Below are positions 24,206 to 34,221 of a DNA stretch of 39,016 bases, piece by piece. Below the pieces are notes generated by a model that worked only from the letters and a program-made list of their open reading frames with translations, searched no databases and was not told the DNA's origin. A program made the translations under genes and the position numbers. Numbering within the stretch: the first letter of the stretch is position 1; each line of letters starts with the position of its first letter. The DNA is taken from contig JASFTI010000003.1 in NCBI GenBank assembly GCA_050053635.1, positions 1-39,016 of the forward strand, given 5' to 3'. Source of the stretch: Gemmatimonadales bacterium (lineage in GTDB: Bacteria > Gemmatimonadota > Gemmatimonadetes > Palauibacterales > KS3-K002).

Positions 24206-26455
24206 GTGGAGAAGAAAGTAGCCGTTTACATATGCCATGGCTGCGACATCGGCAGCTCGCTGAACGCGGAGGAGCTGTGCGAGCTCGCTACGGGAGACTG
24301 CGAGGCCGACCTATGTCGCGACCACGAGTTCCTCTGCGGCGAATCAGGTCTCGAGCTGATCAAGAGTGATATCGAGCAGGGCGCTAACGTGCTCGTCGTC
24401 GCCGCCTGCTCGCCTCGCTTCAAGACCGACGACTTCACCTTCGACGGATGTGTCACCGAGAGGGTGAACCTTCGCGAGCACGTGGTCTGGAGCCACGAAC
24501 CCAACGACGAAGACACGCAGATGCTCGCCGCCGATTACCTGCGCATAGGGATCGCTCGGGCGAAAAGAACAGAAATCCCGGAACCGTTCGACGAAGAGAT
24601 CGACAAGACGATGCTGGTCGTCGGTGGCGGCGTAACCGGGATGGCGGCGGCGCTCGATGCCGCAGGCGCAGGCCACGACGTCGTCCTGGTGGAAAAGGAG
24701 CAGCAACTGGGCGGTTGGGCGGGCAAGTTCGCCTGGCGTTTCCCCCTCAACCCTCCCTATCGGGACCTCGAACCGGTCGATCTCAGCGAGCGCATTGCCG
24801 AGGTCGAGGGCAACGAGCGGATCACCGTCCACACCGGCGCGACCGTCCAGAAGGTCGCCGGGCAACCGGGCCAGTTCGACGTCAGTATCAACGCCAACGG
24901 CTCGAGCTCCGAGTTCCGCGTCGGCGCCATCATCCAAGCCACGGGTTGGCAGCCGTACGACGCCTCGCGCCTCGGCCATCTGGGCTACGGCCGCTCTCCC
25001 AACGTGATCACCAACGTGCAGATGGAGGAGCTGATCGCCGCCGGCGCGATTGCGCGGCCCAGCGACGGTAAGCCGGCTCGCCGGATCGCCTTCATCCAGT
25101 GCGCCGGCTCGCGCGACGCCGATCACCTGCCCTACTGTTCCGCCGTCTGTTGTCGCGTGACGATCAAGCAAGCCCTGGTGGCTCGGAAATTCGACTCCGA
25201 GGCCGAGGCATACGTGCTCTACAAGGACATCCGCGCGCCGGGACAGTACGAGGAATTCTACCAGACGGCCCAGGACGATCCCGGCATCTTCTTCACCAAG
25301 GCCGAAGTGGTCGGCGTCGAGGAAGTCGCCGACGGGGACCTGCAGGTCGAGGCCGAAAACACCCTGTTGGGCGACCGGGTCCGCATCGAGGCCGACCTCG
25401 TGGTCCTGGCGACCGGCATGGTGCCGGCAGCGGCCGACGGCGAGGGGATCCGGAAGCTCACCGACGCCAAAGCGGTGATCCAGAAGGGAGAAGCGGGTGC
25501 GCAGCTGGAAGCCGCGAAGGTCACGGTCGAGGAGCTCAAGCACCTCGAAGGCACCGCCATTCTGAATCTCGACTATCGGCAAGGCCCGGACCTTCCGGTG
25601 CTCAAATACGAGTTCCCTGACTCGCACTTCATCTGCTTCCCCTACGAGACCCGGCGAACCGGTATCTACGCCGCCGGCTGCGTTCGGGCGCCCAACGATT
25701 CGCTCGTCTGCATGGAAGACGGCGCCGGCGCCGCGCTCAAGGCGATTCAGTCCGTCGAGCTCGCCAGCCGGGGTGAGGCCGTCCACCCCCGCTGGGGCGA
25801 CACCTCCTACCCCGACTTCTTCATGCAGCGCTGTACCCAGTGTAAACGCTGCACCGAAGAATGCCCCTTCGGAACACTCAACGAGGACGAGAAGGGCACG
25901 CCGCTGCTCAACACGACCCGCTGCCGCCGCTGCGGCATCTGTCTGGGCTGTTGCCCCGAGCGGATTATTTCCTTCAAGGACTACTCGGTGGAGATCGTCT
26001 CCTCGATGATCAAGTCAGTCGACATTCCCGACGAGTTCGAGGAGAAGCCTCGCCTGCTCGGTCTGCTGTGCGAGAACGACGCCTATCCCGCCCTCGACGT
26101 CGCCGGCCTCAAGCGCATCAAGCACAGCCCCTTCATCCGCTTCATCCCGGTCCGCTGCCTGGGATCGGTCAATACGGTCTGGGTCGCCGATGCACTGTCC
26201 CGCGGCTTCGACGGCATTCTGCTAATCGGATGCAAATCGGGTGACGACTACCAGTGTCACTTCATCCGCGGCAGCGAGCTGATGGAGACGCGAAGCGAGA
26301 ACATTCGCGAGAAGCTCAAACAGCTCGCCTTAGAAGAGGAACGCGTCCGTGTAGAACAGCTGCCGATTTCTGACTTCGAGAGGCTGCCGGAGATCATCAA
26401 CGAGTTCGCCGAGCAGATCGATGAGATTGGGTTGAACCCGTTCAAGGGGTTCTAG
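24206..26455 (+). CDS. qmoB: QmoB (HdrA-like with C-terminal MvhD domain)
   Basis: YICHGC, AACSPR, ERVNLRE, QCAGSRD, SHFICFPYETRRTG, CTQCKRCTEECP, CENDAYPA, RCLG, GCKSGDDYQCHF and NPFKGF. Confidence 0.95.
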   Translation: MEKKVAVYICHGCDIGSSLNAEELCELATGDCEADLCRDHEFLCGESGLELIKSDIEQGANVLVVAACSPRFKTDDFTFDGCVTERVNLREHVVWSHEPNDEDTQMLAADYLRIGIARAKRTEIPEPFDEEIDKTMLVVGGGVTGMAAALDAAGAGHDVVLVEKEQQLGGWAGKFAWRFPLNPPYRDLEPVDLSERIAEVEGNERITVHTGATVQKVAGQPGQFDVSINANGSSSEFRVGAIIQATGWQPYDASRLGHLGYGRSPNVITNVQMEELIAAGAIARPSDGKPARRIAFIQCAGSRDADHLPYCSAVCCRVTIKQALVARKFDSEAEAYVLYKDIRAPGQYEEFYQTAQDDPGIFFTKAEVVGVEEVADGDLQVEAENTLLGDRVRIEADLVVLATGMVPAAADGEGIRKLTDAKAVIQKGEAGAQLEAAKVTVEELKHLEGTAILNLDYRQGPDLPVLKYEFPDSHFICFPYETRRTGIYAAGCVRAPNDSLVCMEDGAGAALKAIQSVELASRGEAVHPRWGDTSYPDFFMQRCTQCKRCTEECPFGTLNEDEKGTPLLNTTRCRRCGICLGCCPERIISFKDYSVEIVSSMIKSVDIPDEFEEKPRLLGLLCENDAYPALDVAGLKRIKHSPFIRFIPVRCLGSVNTVWVADALSRGFDGILLIGCKSGDDYQCHFIRGSELMETRSENIREKLKQLALEEERVRVEQLPISDFERLPEIINEFAEQIDEIGLNPFKGF

Positions 26456-26469
26456 GGAGTGTCGCGAGG

Positions 26470-27660
26470 ATGTCCAACGCCAGCTTGCTGATTCCCGACC
26501 GAGAGTTCGTCGACGAGATCATCGCTTCAGGCGGCAGCGACCTGAAGAAGTGCTACCAGTGCGCCACCTGCTCGGTGGTCTGCGAGCTGGCACCCGACGA
26601 CCGGCCCTTCCCCCGCAAGGAGATGATCTGGGCCCAGTGGGGACTGAAGGATCGGCTCATCGCCGACCCCGACGTCTGGCTCTGCCATCAGTGCAACGAT
26701 TGCTCGCTCAGGTGCCCGCGCGGCGCGCGCCCGGGCGACGTCCTGGCGGCGGTCCGCCAGCGCGCCGTGCGGCACTTCGCCGTCCCCAAGTTCCTGGGCC
26801 GCTGGGTGAACAGCACCAAGCTGCAAACGCCGCTGATGGCTCTCACGGCGGCGCTGCTCGCCCTGGCGCTCGTGGCCCGCCAGCCGATCGAGAACGCCCT
26901 CGGCTTCGGTGAGCCCCACGGCTTCTACGCGGAGTTCTTTCCGCACTGGCTGCTAATCGGCTTCTTCGCCTTCTTCACCGCCCTCGCGTTCCTTGCTGCC
27001 GTGGCAGGGGTCGTGCGGTTCTGGCGTGCGATGAAAGAGGGCGATGCTCGGCAGGGCGCACCGCCACCGCCTGTCGGCGCGATCAGGAGCATCGTTCGGG
27101 CCGTCGTATCGATATTCGCCCATGATAAGTTCGCCAAGTGCAGCGCCCGACCTTCACGCAGGATCACGCACCTGGCAGCCTTCTACGGGTTCGTAGCACT
27201 CTACATCGTTACGATCTGGGCCGTGCTCGACCTGTACGTGTTGCCGCGATTCGGGATCGCTTCCCTGTATCCCTTCGACTTGGCGCACCCCATTAAGGTC
27301 TTGGCCAACATCGGCGGCTTGCTCCTGGTCTTCGGATGTGCCAAAGCCATCATCGACCGGCTCCGCGACCCGAATGACACGCAGAGGAGTACGGCGTTCG
27401 ATTGGACCTTCGTCTGGCTGCTGCTCGGCGTGGGACTGACAGGCTTCATGATCGAGATACTGCGATTCGCGATCGACCCCGCCGTAGAGTCGGCGGCAGT
27501 GTCGATAGCCTACGCGCTCTACTTCGTACACTTGGTGCTCGTCTTCCAGCTCCTCGTGTACCTACCGTTTTCGAAATTCGCTCACCTGCTGTACCGGACC
27601 GTGGCCATGGTATACGTGGAACGCACGGGCCGGAACCAGCAGCTGGCGAAAGCCGCCTGA
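26470..27660 (+). CDS. qmoC: QmoC (HdrC-like Fe-S plus heme b membrane domain)
   Basis: CYQCATCSVVC, PFPRKEMIWAQWG, CHQCNDCSLRCP, TM helices and YFVHLV...YLPFSKFAH. Confidence 0.95.
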   Translation: MSNASLLIPDREFVDEIIASGGSDLKKCYQCATCSVVCELAPDDRPFPRKEMIWAQWGLKDRLIADPDVWLCHQCNDCSLRCPRGARPGDVLAAVRQRAVRHFAVPKFLGRWVNSTKLQTPLMALTAALLALALVARQPIENALGFGEPHGFYAEFFPHWLLIGFFAFFTALAFLAAVAGVVRFWRAMKEGDARQGAPPPPVGAIRSIVRAVVSIFAHDKFAKCSARPSRRITHLAAFYGFVALYIVTIWAVLDLYVLPRFGIASLYPFDLAHPIKVLANIGGLLLVFGCAKAIIDRLRDPNDTQRSTAFDWTFVWLLLGVGLTGFMIEILRFAIDPAVESAAVSIAYALYFVHLVLVFQLLVYLPFSKFAHLLYRTVAMVYVERTGRNQQLAKAA

Positions 27661-27759
27661 GGGCGAGAAGCATGCGACCAACACAGAGGACCGTGAGATC
27701 GAGGTGACGGGCAAGAGAGAATCACTCCACTCATCGCCCCATAGACGAGAGGGACAACA

Positions 27760-28995
27760 ATGGACCAGCTGGTGAAGCCACACGGAAAAGACGGGAAACT
27801 CAAGCCGCTGCTACTCCACGGCAAGGAACTGGCAGCCGAACAGAAGAGAGCCGAATCGCTCAAGAAAATCACCGTCACGTCGCGCGAGACGGGCGACGCC
27901 ATCATGATGGGCATCGGCGGGTTCACGCCCCTCGATGGCTTCATGGGCGAAAAGGACTGGAGGGGTGTCTGCACCGAGATGCAGATGACCGACGGCACAT
28001 TCTGGCCCATCCCGGTGACCGTCTCAGCGACCAAGGAAGACGCCGACGCGATCAAGACCGGCGAGGAGATAACCCTGGTCGACGTAGACACCGGGACCAG
28101 CATGGCCATCATGACGGTGACCGACAAGTACACCATCGACAAGGAGCTGGAATGTAAGGAGGTCTTCAGGACCACCGACAGCGAGCATCCGGGCGTCGCG
28201 ATGGTGATGGAACAGAAAGAAGTCAACCTGGGCGGCCCGATCAAGGTCCTGAGCGAGAGTTACTTCCCCGAGGAGTTCAAGGAAGTCTACATGCGGCCAG
28301 CCGAGTCGCGCCAAATCTTCAACGATAAAGGCTGGCGGACTGTAGCGGCGCTCCAGCTGCGGAACCCGATGCACCGCTCCCACGAGTACCTGGCCAAGAT
28401 CGCTCTGGAAACGCTCGACGGCCTGTTCATCCACCAGCTCGTCGGCAAGCTCAAGCCGGGTGACATACCGGCCGACGTTCGGGTCAAGTGCATCGATGCC
28501 CTGGTGGACAACTACTTCCTCAGAGACTCGGTGGTCCAGGGCGGGTATCCCCTGGACATGCGCTATGCCGGCCCCCGCGAAGCGCTGCTCCACGCCGTGT
28601 TCCGCCAGAACTACGGCTGCAGCCACTTGATCGTGGGACGCGACCACGCCGGCGTGGGCGATTACTACGGACCGTTCGACGCCCAGGAGATCTTCCACGA
28701 GATACCCGAGGGCGCGCTCGAGACGCAGCCGCTCAAGATCGACTGGACCTTCTACTGCCATAAGTGCCGGGGCATGGCCTCGATGAAGACCTGCCCGCAC
28801 GGCAAAGAGGACCGCCTGCTGCTGAGCGGCACGGTCCTGCGGAAGACGCTGTCGGAAGGCGGGGATCCGCCTGAGGACTTCAGCCGGCCCGAGGTGCTGG
28901 CCATCCTGAAGCAATACTACGCCGACCTCGAGGATAAGGTCGAGGTCAAGCTGCACGGTATGGCAACCGGACAAGTGAAGAAGAAGAAGAAGTAG
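27760..28995 (+). CDS. sat: Sulfate adenylyltransferase (ATP sulfurylase)
   Basis: [29 protein letters not shown] and Zn site CHKC...CPH. Confidence 0.97.
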   Translation: MDQLVKPHGKDGKLKPLLLHGKELAAEQKRAESLKKITVTSRETGDAIMMGIGGFTPLDGFMGEKDWRGVCTEMQMTDGTFWPIPVTVSATKEDADAIKTGEEITLVDVDTGTSMAIMTVTDKYTIDKELECKEVFRTTDSEHPGVAMVMEQKEVNLGGPIKVLSESYFPEEFKEVYMRPAESRQIFNDKGWRTVAALQLRNPMHRSHEYLAKIALETLDGLFIHQLVGKLKPGDIPADVRVKCIDALVDNYFLRDSVVQGGYPLDMRYAGPREALLHAVFRQNYGCSHLIVGRDHAGVGDYYGPFDAQEIFHEIPEGALETQPLKIDWTFYCHKCRGMASMKTCPHGKEDRLLLSGTVLRKTLSEGGDPPEDFSRPEVLAILKQYYADLEDKVEVKLHGMATGQVKKKKK

Positions 28996-29006
28996 AGATT
29001 TTTTCA

Positions 29007-29399
29007 ATGGATCTCATCACCATCACGAGACGAGAGAACCTGGAGTTCAAGATCCAGGTGCGCGGGCACGACGTCACCACCGACATGTCAGAGGACGACG
29101 GGGGCCGGGGAGCGGGCTTCTCACCAGCGGAGCTCCTCGCCGGCTCGCTCGGGTCGTGCATCGCGATGATGGTGCAGGGCTACTGCGACAGGAACGGGTA
29201 CACCGACGGTGATGTCAGTGTCAGCCTCACACTGGAACTCGCTGACAAGCCCAAACGTGTGGGCGCCATCGTGGTCGACGTCGAACTGCCCGATGGGGTC
29301 CCCGAAGACCGCTGGAAGGCGATAAGAAGTGTAGCCGAAAAATGCACGATCCAGGAGACGTTCAATCATCCACCTCGCGTGGATGTCGAGTTCGTGTAG
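29007..29399 (+). CDS. OsmC/Ohr family protein
   Basis: GGRGAGFSPAELLAGSLGSC and AEKCTIQETF with the two conserved Cys. Confidence 0.85.
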   Translation: MDLITITRRENLEFKIQVRGHDVTTDMSEDDGGRGAGFSPAELLAGSLGSCIAMMVQGYCDRNGYTDGDVSVSLTLELADKPKRVGAIVVDVELPDGVPEDRWKAIRSVAEKCTIQETFNHPPRVDVEFV

Positions 29400-29448
29400 C
29401 CCGCAGCCAAGCCGATAAAGGCAAGGCGGCCTACAAAGGAGGGTTCTA

Positions 29449-29766
29449 ATGGAGAAGAAGGAATTCGGTGGGAAGCTGATCGAGATCGACGAGGACGGGT
29501 TCATCCAGGATCCCGATGCGTGGGATCAGGGCGTTGCCGAGGACCTCGCGAAGACCGAGGGCGTCGAGTCCATGACGGACGAACATTGGAAGGTCGTCAA
29601 CTACCTGCGCGAGTACTACCTCGAGTACAACATGGCGCCGATGATCCGCAAGCTCTGCAAGCAAACGGGCTTCAAACTGAAGGAGATCTACGACCTGTTC
29701 CCCAGCGGACCGGCAAAGGGCGCCTGCAAGGTCGCCGGACTGCCGAAGCCGACCGGATGTGTTTGA
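29449..29766 (+). CDS. dsrC: DsrC sulfur carrier
   Basis: DEDGF, HWKVVNYLREYY, APMIR and LFPSGPAKGACKVAGLPKPTGCV with both C-terminal Cys. Confidence 0.96.
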   Translation: MEKKEFGGKLIEIDEDGFIQDPDAWDQGVAEDLAKTEGVESMTDEHWKVVNYLREYYLEYNMAPMIRKLCKQTGFKLKEIYDLFPSGPAKGACKVAGLPKPTGCV

Positions 29767-29791
29767 TCGGGCCGGCACAGGAGATCATACG

Positions 29792-30361
29792 GTGAGGCTG
29801 CGAAAACTGTTGCACGACAAGCGAGAAGCCATCGCCCGGAGGTGGCTCGAGGAGGTACTGGCGACGTATCCCGGCAACTCGGCCGCTCTTTTCGCGCGCC
29901 AGATGGACCGGTTCGCCAATCCCGTGGGCCACGCCTTGCGCGTGGGCACCGAAGCGATTCTCGACGCTTTGCTCGACGGCGCGGACACGCAAGAGCTGCG
30001 CAGGCACCTGCATGAGATGGTCAAGATCAGGGCGATCCAGCAGTTCGCTCCTTCACAGGCCCTCGGCTTCGTCCTCCGCTTGAAGGAGGTGGTTCGGGCC
30101 GAGCTGGGAGGGGCCGCGGCGGATCCAGAGTTCCCGCTCGAGCTCGCGGAACTCGACGCGCAGATCGATCGGGTCGCCCTGCTGGCCTTCGATACGTACG
30201 TCGAGTGCCGCGAACAGCTGTACCAGCTCCGCATCAACGAAGTGAAGCGACAGGTCTCCTGGATCATGGGCAAAGTGAACCAGCGGGATCCCGATCCGGA
30301 ACTTGTTCAAATCACCCGGAGCACTGAAGGAGGTAACGTGGGGCGCGAGGATTCACGATGA
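29792..30361 (+). CDS. dsrT: DsrT (RsbRD N-terminal domain protein)
   Basis: DRFANPVG, KIRAIQQFAPSQA and AFDTYVECREQLYQLRINE; directly upstream of dsrM. GTG start with AGGAGA RBS. Confidence 0.9.
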   Translation: MRLRKLLHDKREAIARRWLEEVLATYPGNSAALFARQMDRFANPVGHALRVGTEAILDALLDGADTQELRRHLHEMVKIRAIQQFAPSQALGFVLRLKEVVRAELGGAAADPEFPLELAELDAQIDRVALLAFDTYVECREQLYQLRINEVKRQVSWIMGKVNQRDPDPELVQITRSTEGGNVGREDSR

Positions 30362-31347
30362 ACGTGTTGATCGCCTTGGTGGCCGTAGCCGGACTCTTCC
30401 TGCTGGGTCTGCTCGGCGGTTCGCCCGGCCTGGGCTGGGTACTCGGCGTCGTAGTTCCTTACGCCGCCCTGCTGCTCTTCGTCTTTGGGGTGATCTACCG
30501 TGTCTTGAGCTGGGCCAACGTCCCTGTTCCCTTCCGTATTCCGACGACCAGCGGACAGCAACGATCGCTTGGCTGGATTCGACAGCAAAAGCTGGAGAAT
30601 CCGCACAACACGCTCCAGGTGATCGGAAGGATGGCCATGGAGGTCCTCTTCTTCCGCTCACTGCTCAGGAACACGAAGACGGAGCTGGTCGAGGGCCGCC
30701 GCTTGGTGTACGCGACCGACCTGGGACTGTGGATCGCCGCGCTGGCCATGCACTGGTCGTTGTTGATCATTCTTATCAGACACCTGCGGCTGTTCACCAA
30801 CCCCGTCCCCTTCTTCGTGACCATGCTGGAACGGGCCGATGGCTTCATGGAGGTCGGCCTCCCCGCCGTCTTCATCACCACCGTGATCTTCTTGGTGGCA
30901 TTAGCCTACTTGTTATACCGACGGCTGGCGATCGGCCAGCTGCGGTACATCTCATTGGTCGGCGACTACTTCCCGCTGTTCTTGCTGCTGGGAATCGGTG
31001 TCAGTGGACTCTGGCTGCGGCACCTGGCCAAGACCGACATCGCCAGTGTCAAAGAGATGGCACTCGGGCTAGCGCGCTTCGCGCCGGTGGTGCCGGACTC
31101 GATCAGCCCGCTGTTCTACGGCCACCTCTTCCTGGTCTGCGTGCTGCTGGCCTACCTGCCGTACAGCAAGCTGACTCATATGGCGGGCGTATTTCTCAGC
31201 CCCACGCGCGTTATGGCGAACAACAATCGCGCGGTAAGACACGTCAACCCCTGGGACTACCCCGTCAAGGTTCACACTTACGAGGAATACGAAGACGAAC
31301 TGAGGGAAAAAATGAAATCGGCCGGGATTCCGGTGGAGCGGCAATGA
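30358..31347 (+). CDS. dsrM: DsrM membrane cytochrome b
   Basis: PVPFRIPTTSGQQ, EVLFFRSL, heme His in HWS/RHLR/GHLF/THM, SPTRVMANN and YEDELREKM. Confidence 0.95.
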   Translation: MNVLIALVAVAGLFLLGLLGGSPGLGWVLGVVVPYAALLLFVFGVIYRVLSWANVPVPFRIPTTSGQQRSLGWIRQQKLENPHNTLQVIGRMAMEVLFFRSLLRNTKTELVEGRRLVYATDLGLWIAALAMHWSLLIILIRHLRLFTNPVPFFVTMLERADGFMEVGLPAVFITTVIFLVALAYLLYRRLAIGQLRYISLVGDYFPLFLLLGIGVSGLWLRHLAKTDIASVKEMALGLARFAPVVPDSISPLFYGHLFLVCVLLAYLPYSKLTHMAGVFLSPTRVMANNNRAVRHVNPWDYPVKVHTYEEYEDELREKMKSAGIPVERQ

Positions 31348-33011
31348 GAAAGCCAAAGCCGGACGAGATGGACTATTACCAGCAGGAAGACCTGCTGAAG
31401 CTGGACTGGCGCCCGCCCACGACATCGTGGATGGAAACGCCGGTCGACTTCAGGCCGGGCACGTACATCTACCCGGGCAAGGCCAAGAACCTCCGGGTCC
31501 TCGACCTGCCGAACCCCAGGGACTGGGCCGTCACCGACGAGGACTGGCAGCTTCCGGAGGACTGGAAGCGGACCGTTCTGGAAGGGATGGCGGACCGGCT
31601 GAGCCGCTACCGCAGCTTCAGGGTCTTCATGGATACCTGCGTGCGCTGCGGGGCCTGCGCCGACAAGTGCCACTTCTTCATCGGCAGCGGTGATCCCAAG
31701 AACATGCCGGTGCTGCGGGCCGAGCTGCTACGCTCCATCTACCGCAAGGATTTTACGGCCCTCGGTAAGGTCTTCGGCAAGCTGGCGGGCGGTCGGGAAC
31801 TGACGACCGACGTGATCAAGGAGTGGTTCTACTACTTCTACCAATGTACCGAGTGCCGGCGCTGCTCGGTGTTCTGTCCCTACGGTATCGACACCGCCGA
31901 GATCACCATGATGGGTCGGGAGCTGTTGGGGCTCCTGGGGCTGTACGTCAACTGGGTCGTCGAGCCGGTGGCGAACTGCTACCTGGTTGGCAACCACCTG
32001 GGAATCCAACCTCACGGTCTGAAAGACACCCTCGAGTTCATGGCCGAGGACATCGAAGAGGCCACGGGAATCAAGATCGAAATTCCCATCAACAAGAAGG
32101 GTGCCGAGATCTTGTTCTTCACGCCTTCAGGTGATTTCGTCGCCGCACCGGGGATCTACACCTGCATGGCCTACATGCTGTTGTTCCACGAGTTGGGGAT
32201 CGACTACACGTGGAGCACCTACGCGTCGGACGGGGGCAATTTCGGGCTGTTCACCTCGCACGAGGCGATGAAGCGCCTCAACGCCAAGATCTACACCGAG
32301 GCCAAGCGCCTCGGGGTCAAGTGGATTCTCGGCGGCGAGTGCGGGCACATGTGGCGGGTGATCAACCAGTACATGGACACCATGAACGGCCCCGCCGACT
32401 TCCTCGAGGTGCCGAGGTCGCCGCTCACCGGTACGGTGTTCGAGCACGCCCGCTCGACTAAGGTCGTTCACATCATGGAGTTCCTCGCCGACGCGATTCG
32501 CCACGGCAAGCTGAACCTCGATCCGTCGAGGAACGACCACATCCGCGTCACGTTCCACGATTCCTGCAACACCGCCCGCGGCATGGGCATCCTCGAAGAG
32601 CCGCGCTACGTGATTCGGAACGCCTGCAATCACTTCTACGAGATGCCGGAAAACACGATCCGCGAGCAGACGTTCTGCTGCGGCGGCGGCGCCGGGCTGG
32701 GAACAGACGAGAACATGGAGATGCGATTGCGCGGCGGCCTGCCCCGCGGTAGCGCCGTGCGCTACGTGCAGGAGCAGTACGGGGTCAATCAGCTGGCCGC
32801 GATGTGCGCCATCGACCGCGCCACACTGGTGACGGTCTGTGACTACTGGGCGCCGGGGGTCCAGGTCACCGGCATCAGCGAGCTCGTTGCCAATGCGATG
32901 ATCTTCAGTGGCGAAAGACGACGCACGCACAATCTCCGACTGGAGCCGATCCCGGGCATGGCAGACGTCGAAGAGGAGGGCGAGACGGTGGAGGTTGCCG
33001 CCGATGAGTGA
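31344..33011 (+). CDS. dsrK: DsrK Fe-S subunit (HdrD-like)
   Basis: CVRCGACADKCH, CTECRRCSVFCP, GECGH, HDSCN, FCCGGG and CAID. True start is ATG 31344, overlapping the dsrM stop. Confidence 0.95.
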   Translation: MRKPKPDEMDYYQQEDLLKLDWRPPTTSWMETPVDFRPGTYIYPGKAKNLRVLDLPNPRDWAVTDEDWQLPEDWKRTVLEGMADRLSRYRSFRVFMDTCVRCGACADKCHFFIGSGDPKNMPVLRAELLRSIYRKDFTALGKVFGKLAGGRELTTDVIKEWFYYFYQCTECRRCSVFCPYGIDTAEITMMGRELLGLLGLYVNWVVEPVANCYLVGNHLGIQPHGLKDTLEFMAEDIEEATGIKIEIPINKKGAEILFFTPSGDFVAAPGIYTCMAYMLLFHELGIDYTWSTYASDGGNFGLFTSHEAMKRLNAKIYTEAKRLGVKWILGGECGHMWRVINQYMDTMNGPADFLEVPRSPLTGTVFEHARSTKVVHIMEFLADAIRHGKLNLDPSRNDHIRVTFHDSCNTARGMGILEEPRYVIRNACNHFYEMPENTIREQTFCCGGGAGLGTDENMEMRLRGGLPRGSAVRYVQEQYGVNQLAAMCAIDRATLVTVCDYWAPGVQVTGISELVANAMIFSGERRRTHNLRLEPIPGMADVEEEGETVEVAADE

Positions 33012-33384
33012 TCGAGCGAAGGTCTTGAGCGGCGTGGCCATCTTTCTGGTTCTGCTAGCATTTCCTACGTGGCAGACGCTCGGCGCCGCGGGCGATGCTG
33101 CCCGCCCCGAGCTCGAGCTGCCCGAGGACGAGACCCAGTGCATCGAAGAGACCGAGTACATGAGCGCTCGCCACATGGAGTTTCTCAACCAGTGGCGCAA
33201 CGCCGTGGTCCGCGAAGGCGAGACCGAGTACACGTCGTCGTCCGGTGAGACCTACACGATGAGCCTGACGGGAACGTGCATGGAGTGCCATGACAACCGA
33301 GAGAACTTCTGCACCCGGTGCCATGACTACGCCAACGTCGCACCGCGTTGTTGGAACTGCCACATCGAGCCCGAGGGAAGCTGA
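33004..33384 (+). CDS. dsrJ: DsrJ triheme cytochrome c
   Basis: N-terminal anchor, YMSARHMEFLNQWR, and CMECH, CTRCH, CWNCH. Confidence 0.94.
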   Translation: MSDRAKVLSGVAIFLVLLAFPTWQTLGAAGDAARPELELPEDETQCIEETEYMSARHMEFLNQWRNAVVREGETEYTSSSGETYTMSLTGTCMECHDNRENFCTRCHDYANVAPRCWNCHIEPEGS

Positions 33385-33387
33385 CCG

Positions 33388-34191
33388 ATGAGCGAGGATC
33401 GACGCACGTTCCTGAAAGAGGTCGGATTCGCCGCCCTCGGCCTGGGCTGCGGCCTCCCGTTCGTACGCGCCACCCTCGGGGCCGCCCAGCACGGTACGGA
33501 CCAGGAAGCCGGAACATCCAACCAGTGGGCCATGGTGGTCGACATCGAGAAATGCCTGAACGAGGAGGTGCGCGCCGCCTGCGTCGAGGCCTGCCATAGC
33601 GAGCACAACGTGCCCCAGATCCCCGATTCCGACGACCGGATCGCCTGGATCTGGGACGAAGAATACCAGCACGTGTTTCCCGACCAGGTTCACGAGCATA
33701 GCCCGGCCGCGCTTCAGGAGATGCCGGTGCTCGTGATGTGCAACCACTGCACCAACCCACCCTGCGTCCGGGTTTGCCCCACCCAGGCCACCTGGAAGCG
33801 GGAGTCGGACGGGCTCGTGATGATGGACCAGCATCGCTGCATCGGCTGCCGCTACTGCATGGCCGCCTGCCCTTACGGATCGAGGAGCTTCAACTGGAGA
33901 GATCCGCGCGGCTACGTCAGGGCGGACGAGAACGGACAGCCGCTGTCGGACTATCCCACCCGCACCAAAGGGGTAGTGGAGAAGTGCAACTTCTGCGCCG
34001 AGCGACTGCGCGACGGGCGGCAGCCGGCATGCGTGGAGGCCGCCGACGCGGTGCCGGGCGGCGCGGGAGCACTGAAGTTCGGGGACCTGGCCGACCCCGA
34101 TTCGGAGGTCAATCGGATCCTCGCCCAGAGACATACCATCAGCAGGAGGGTGAACCTTGGGACTGGCCCCAACGTCTATTATGTCGTCTAA
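33388..34191 (+). CDS. dsrO: DsrO periplasmic Fe-S protein
   Basis: Tat motif DRRTFLK; CNHCTNPPCVRVCP, CIGCRYCMAACP and KCNFC. Confidence 0.94.
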   Translation: MSEDRRTFLKEVGFAALGLGCGLPFVRATLGAAQHGTDQEAGTSNQWAMVVDIEKCLNEEVRAACVEACHSEHNVPQIPDSDDRIAWIWDEEYQHVFPDQVHEHSPAALQEMPVLVMCNHCTNPPCVRVCPTQATWKRESDGLVMMDQHRCIGCRYCMAACPYGSRSFNWRDPRGYVRADENGQPLSDYPTRTKGVVEKCNFCAERLRDGRQPACVEAADAVPGGAGALKFGDLADPDSEVNRILAQRHTISRRVNLGTGPNVYYVV

Positions 34192-34221
34192 AGCCGTGCC
34201 GCAGGAAGGCGGGAGACTGTA

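Noticed and set aside
22940-26455. Selenocysteine recoding in the HdrA-like Qmo subunits
   Set aside because: Both ORFs are uninterrupted, with Cys at the motif positions and no in-frame TGA.
30303-33011. 902-aa ORF suggesting a giant DsrK fusion
   Set aside because: The first 347 codons are an off-frame shadow of dsrM with low-complexity Arg/Gly/Pro content. DsrK starts at ATG 31344, overlapping the dsrM stop.
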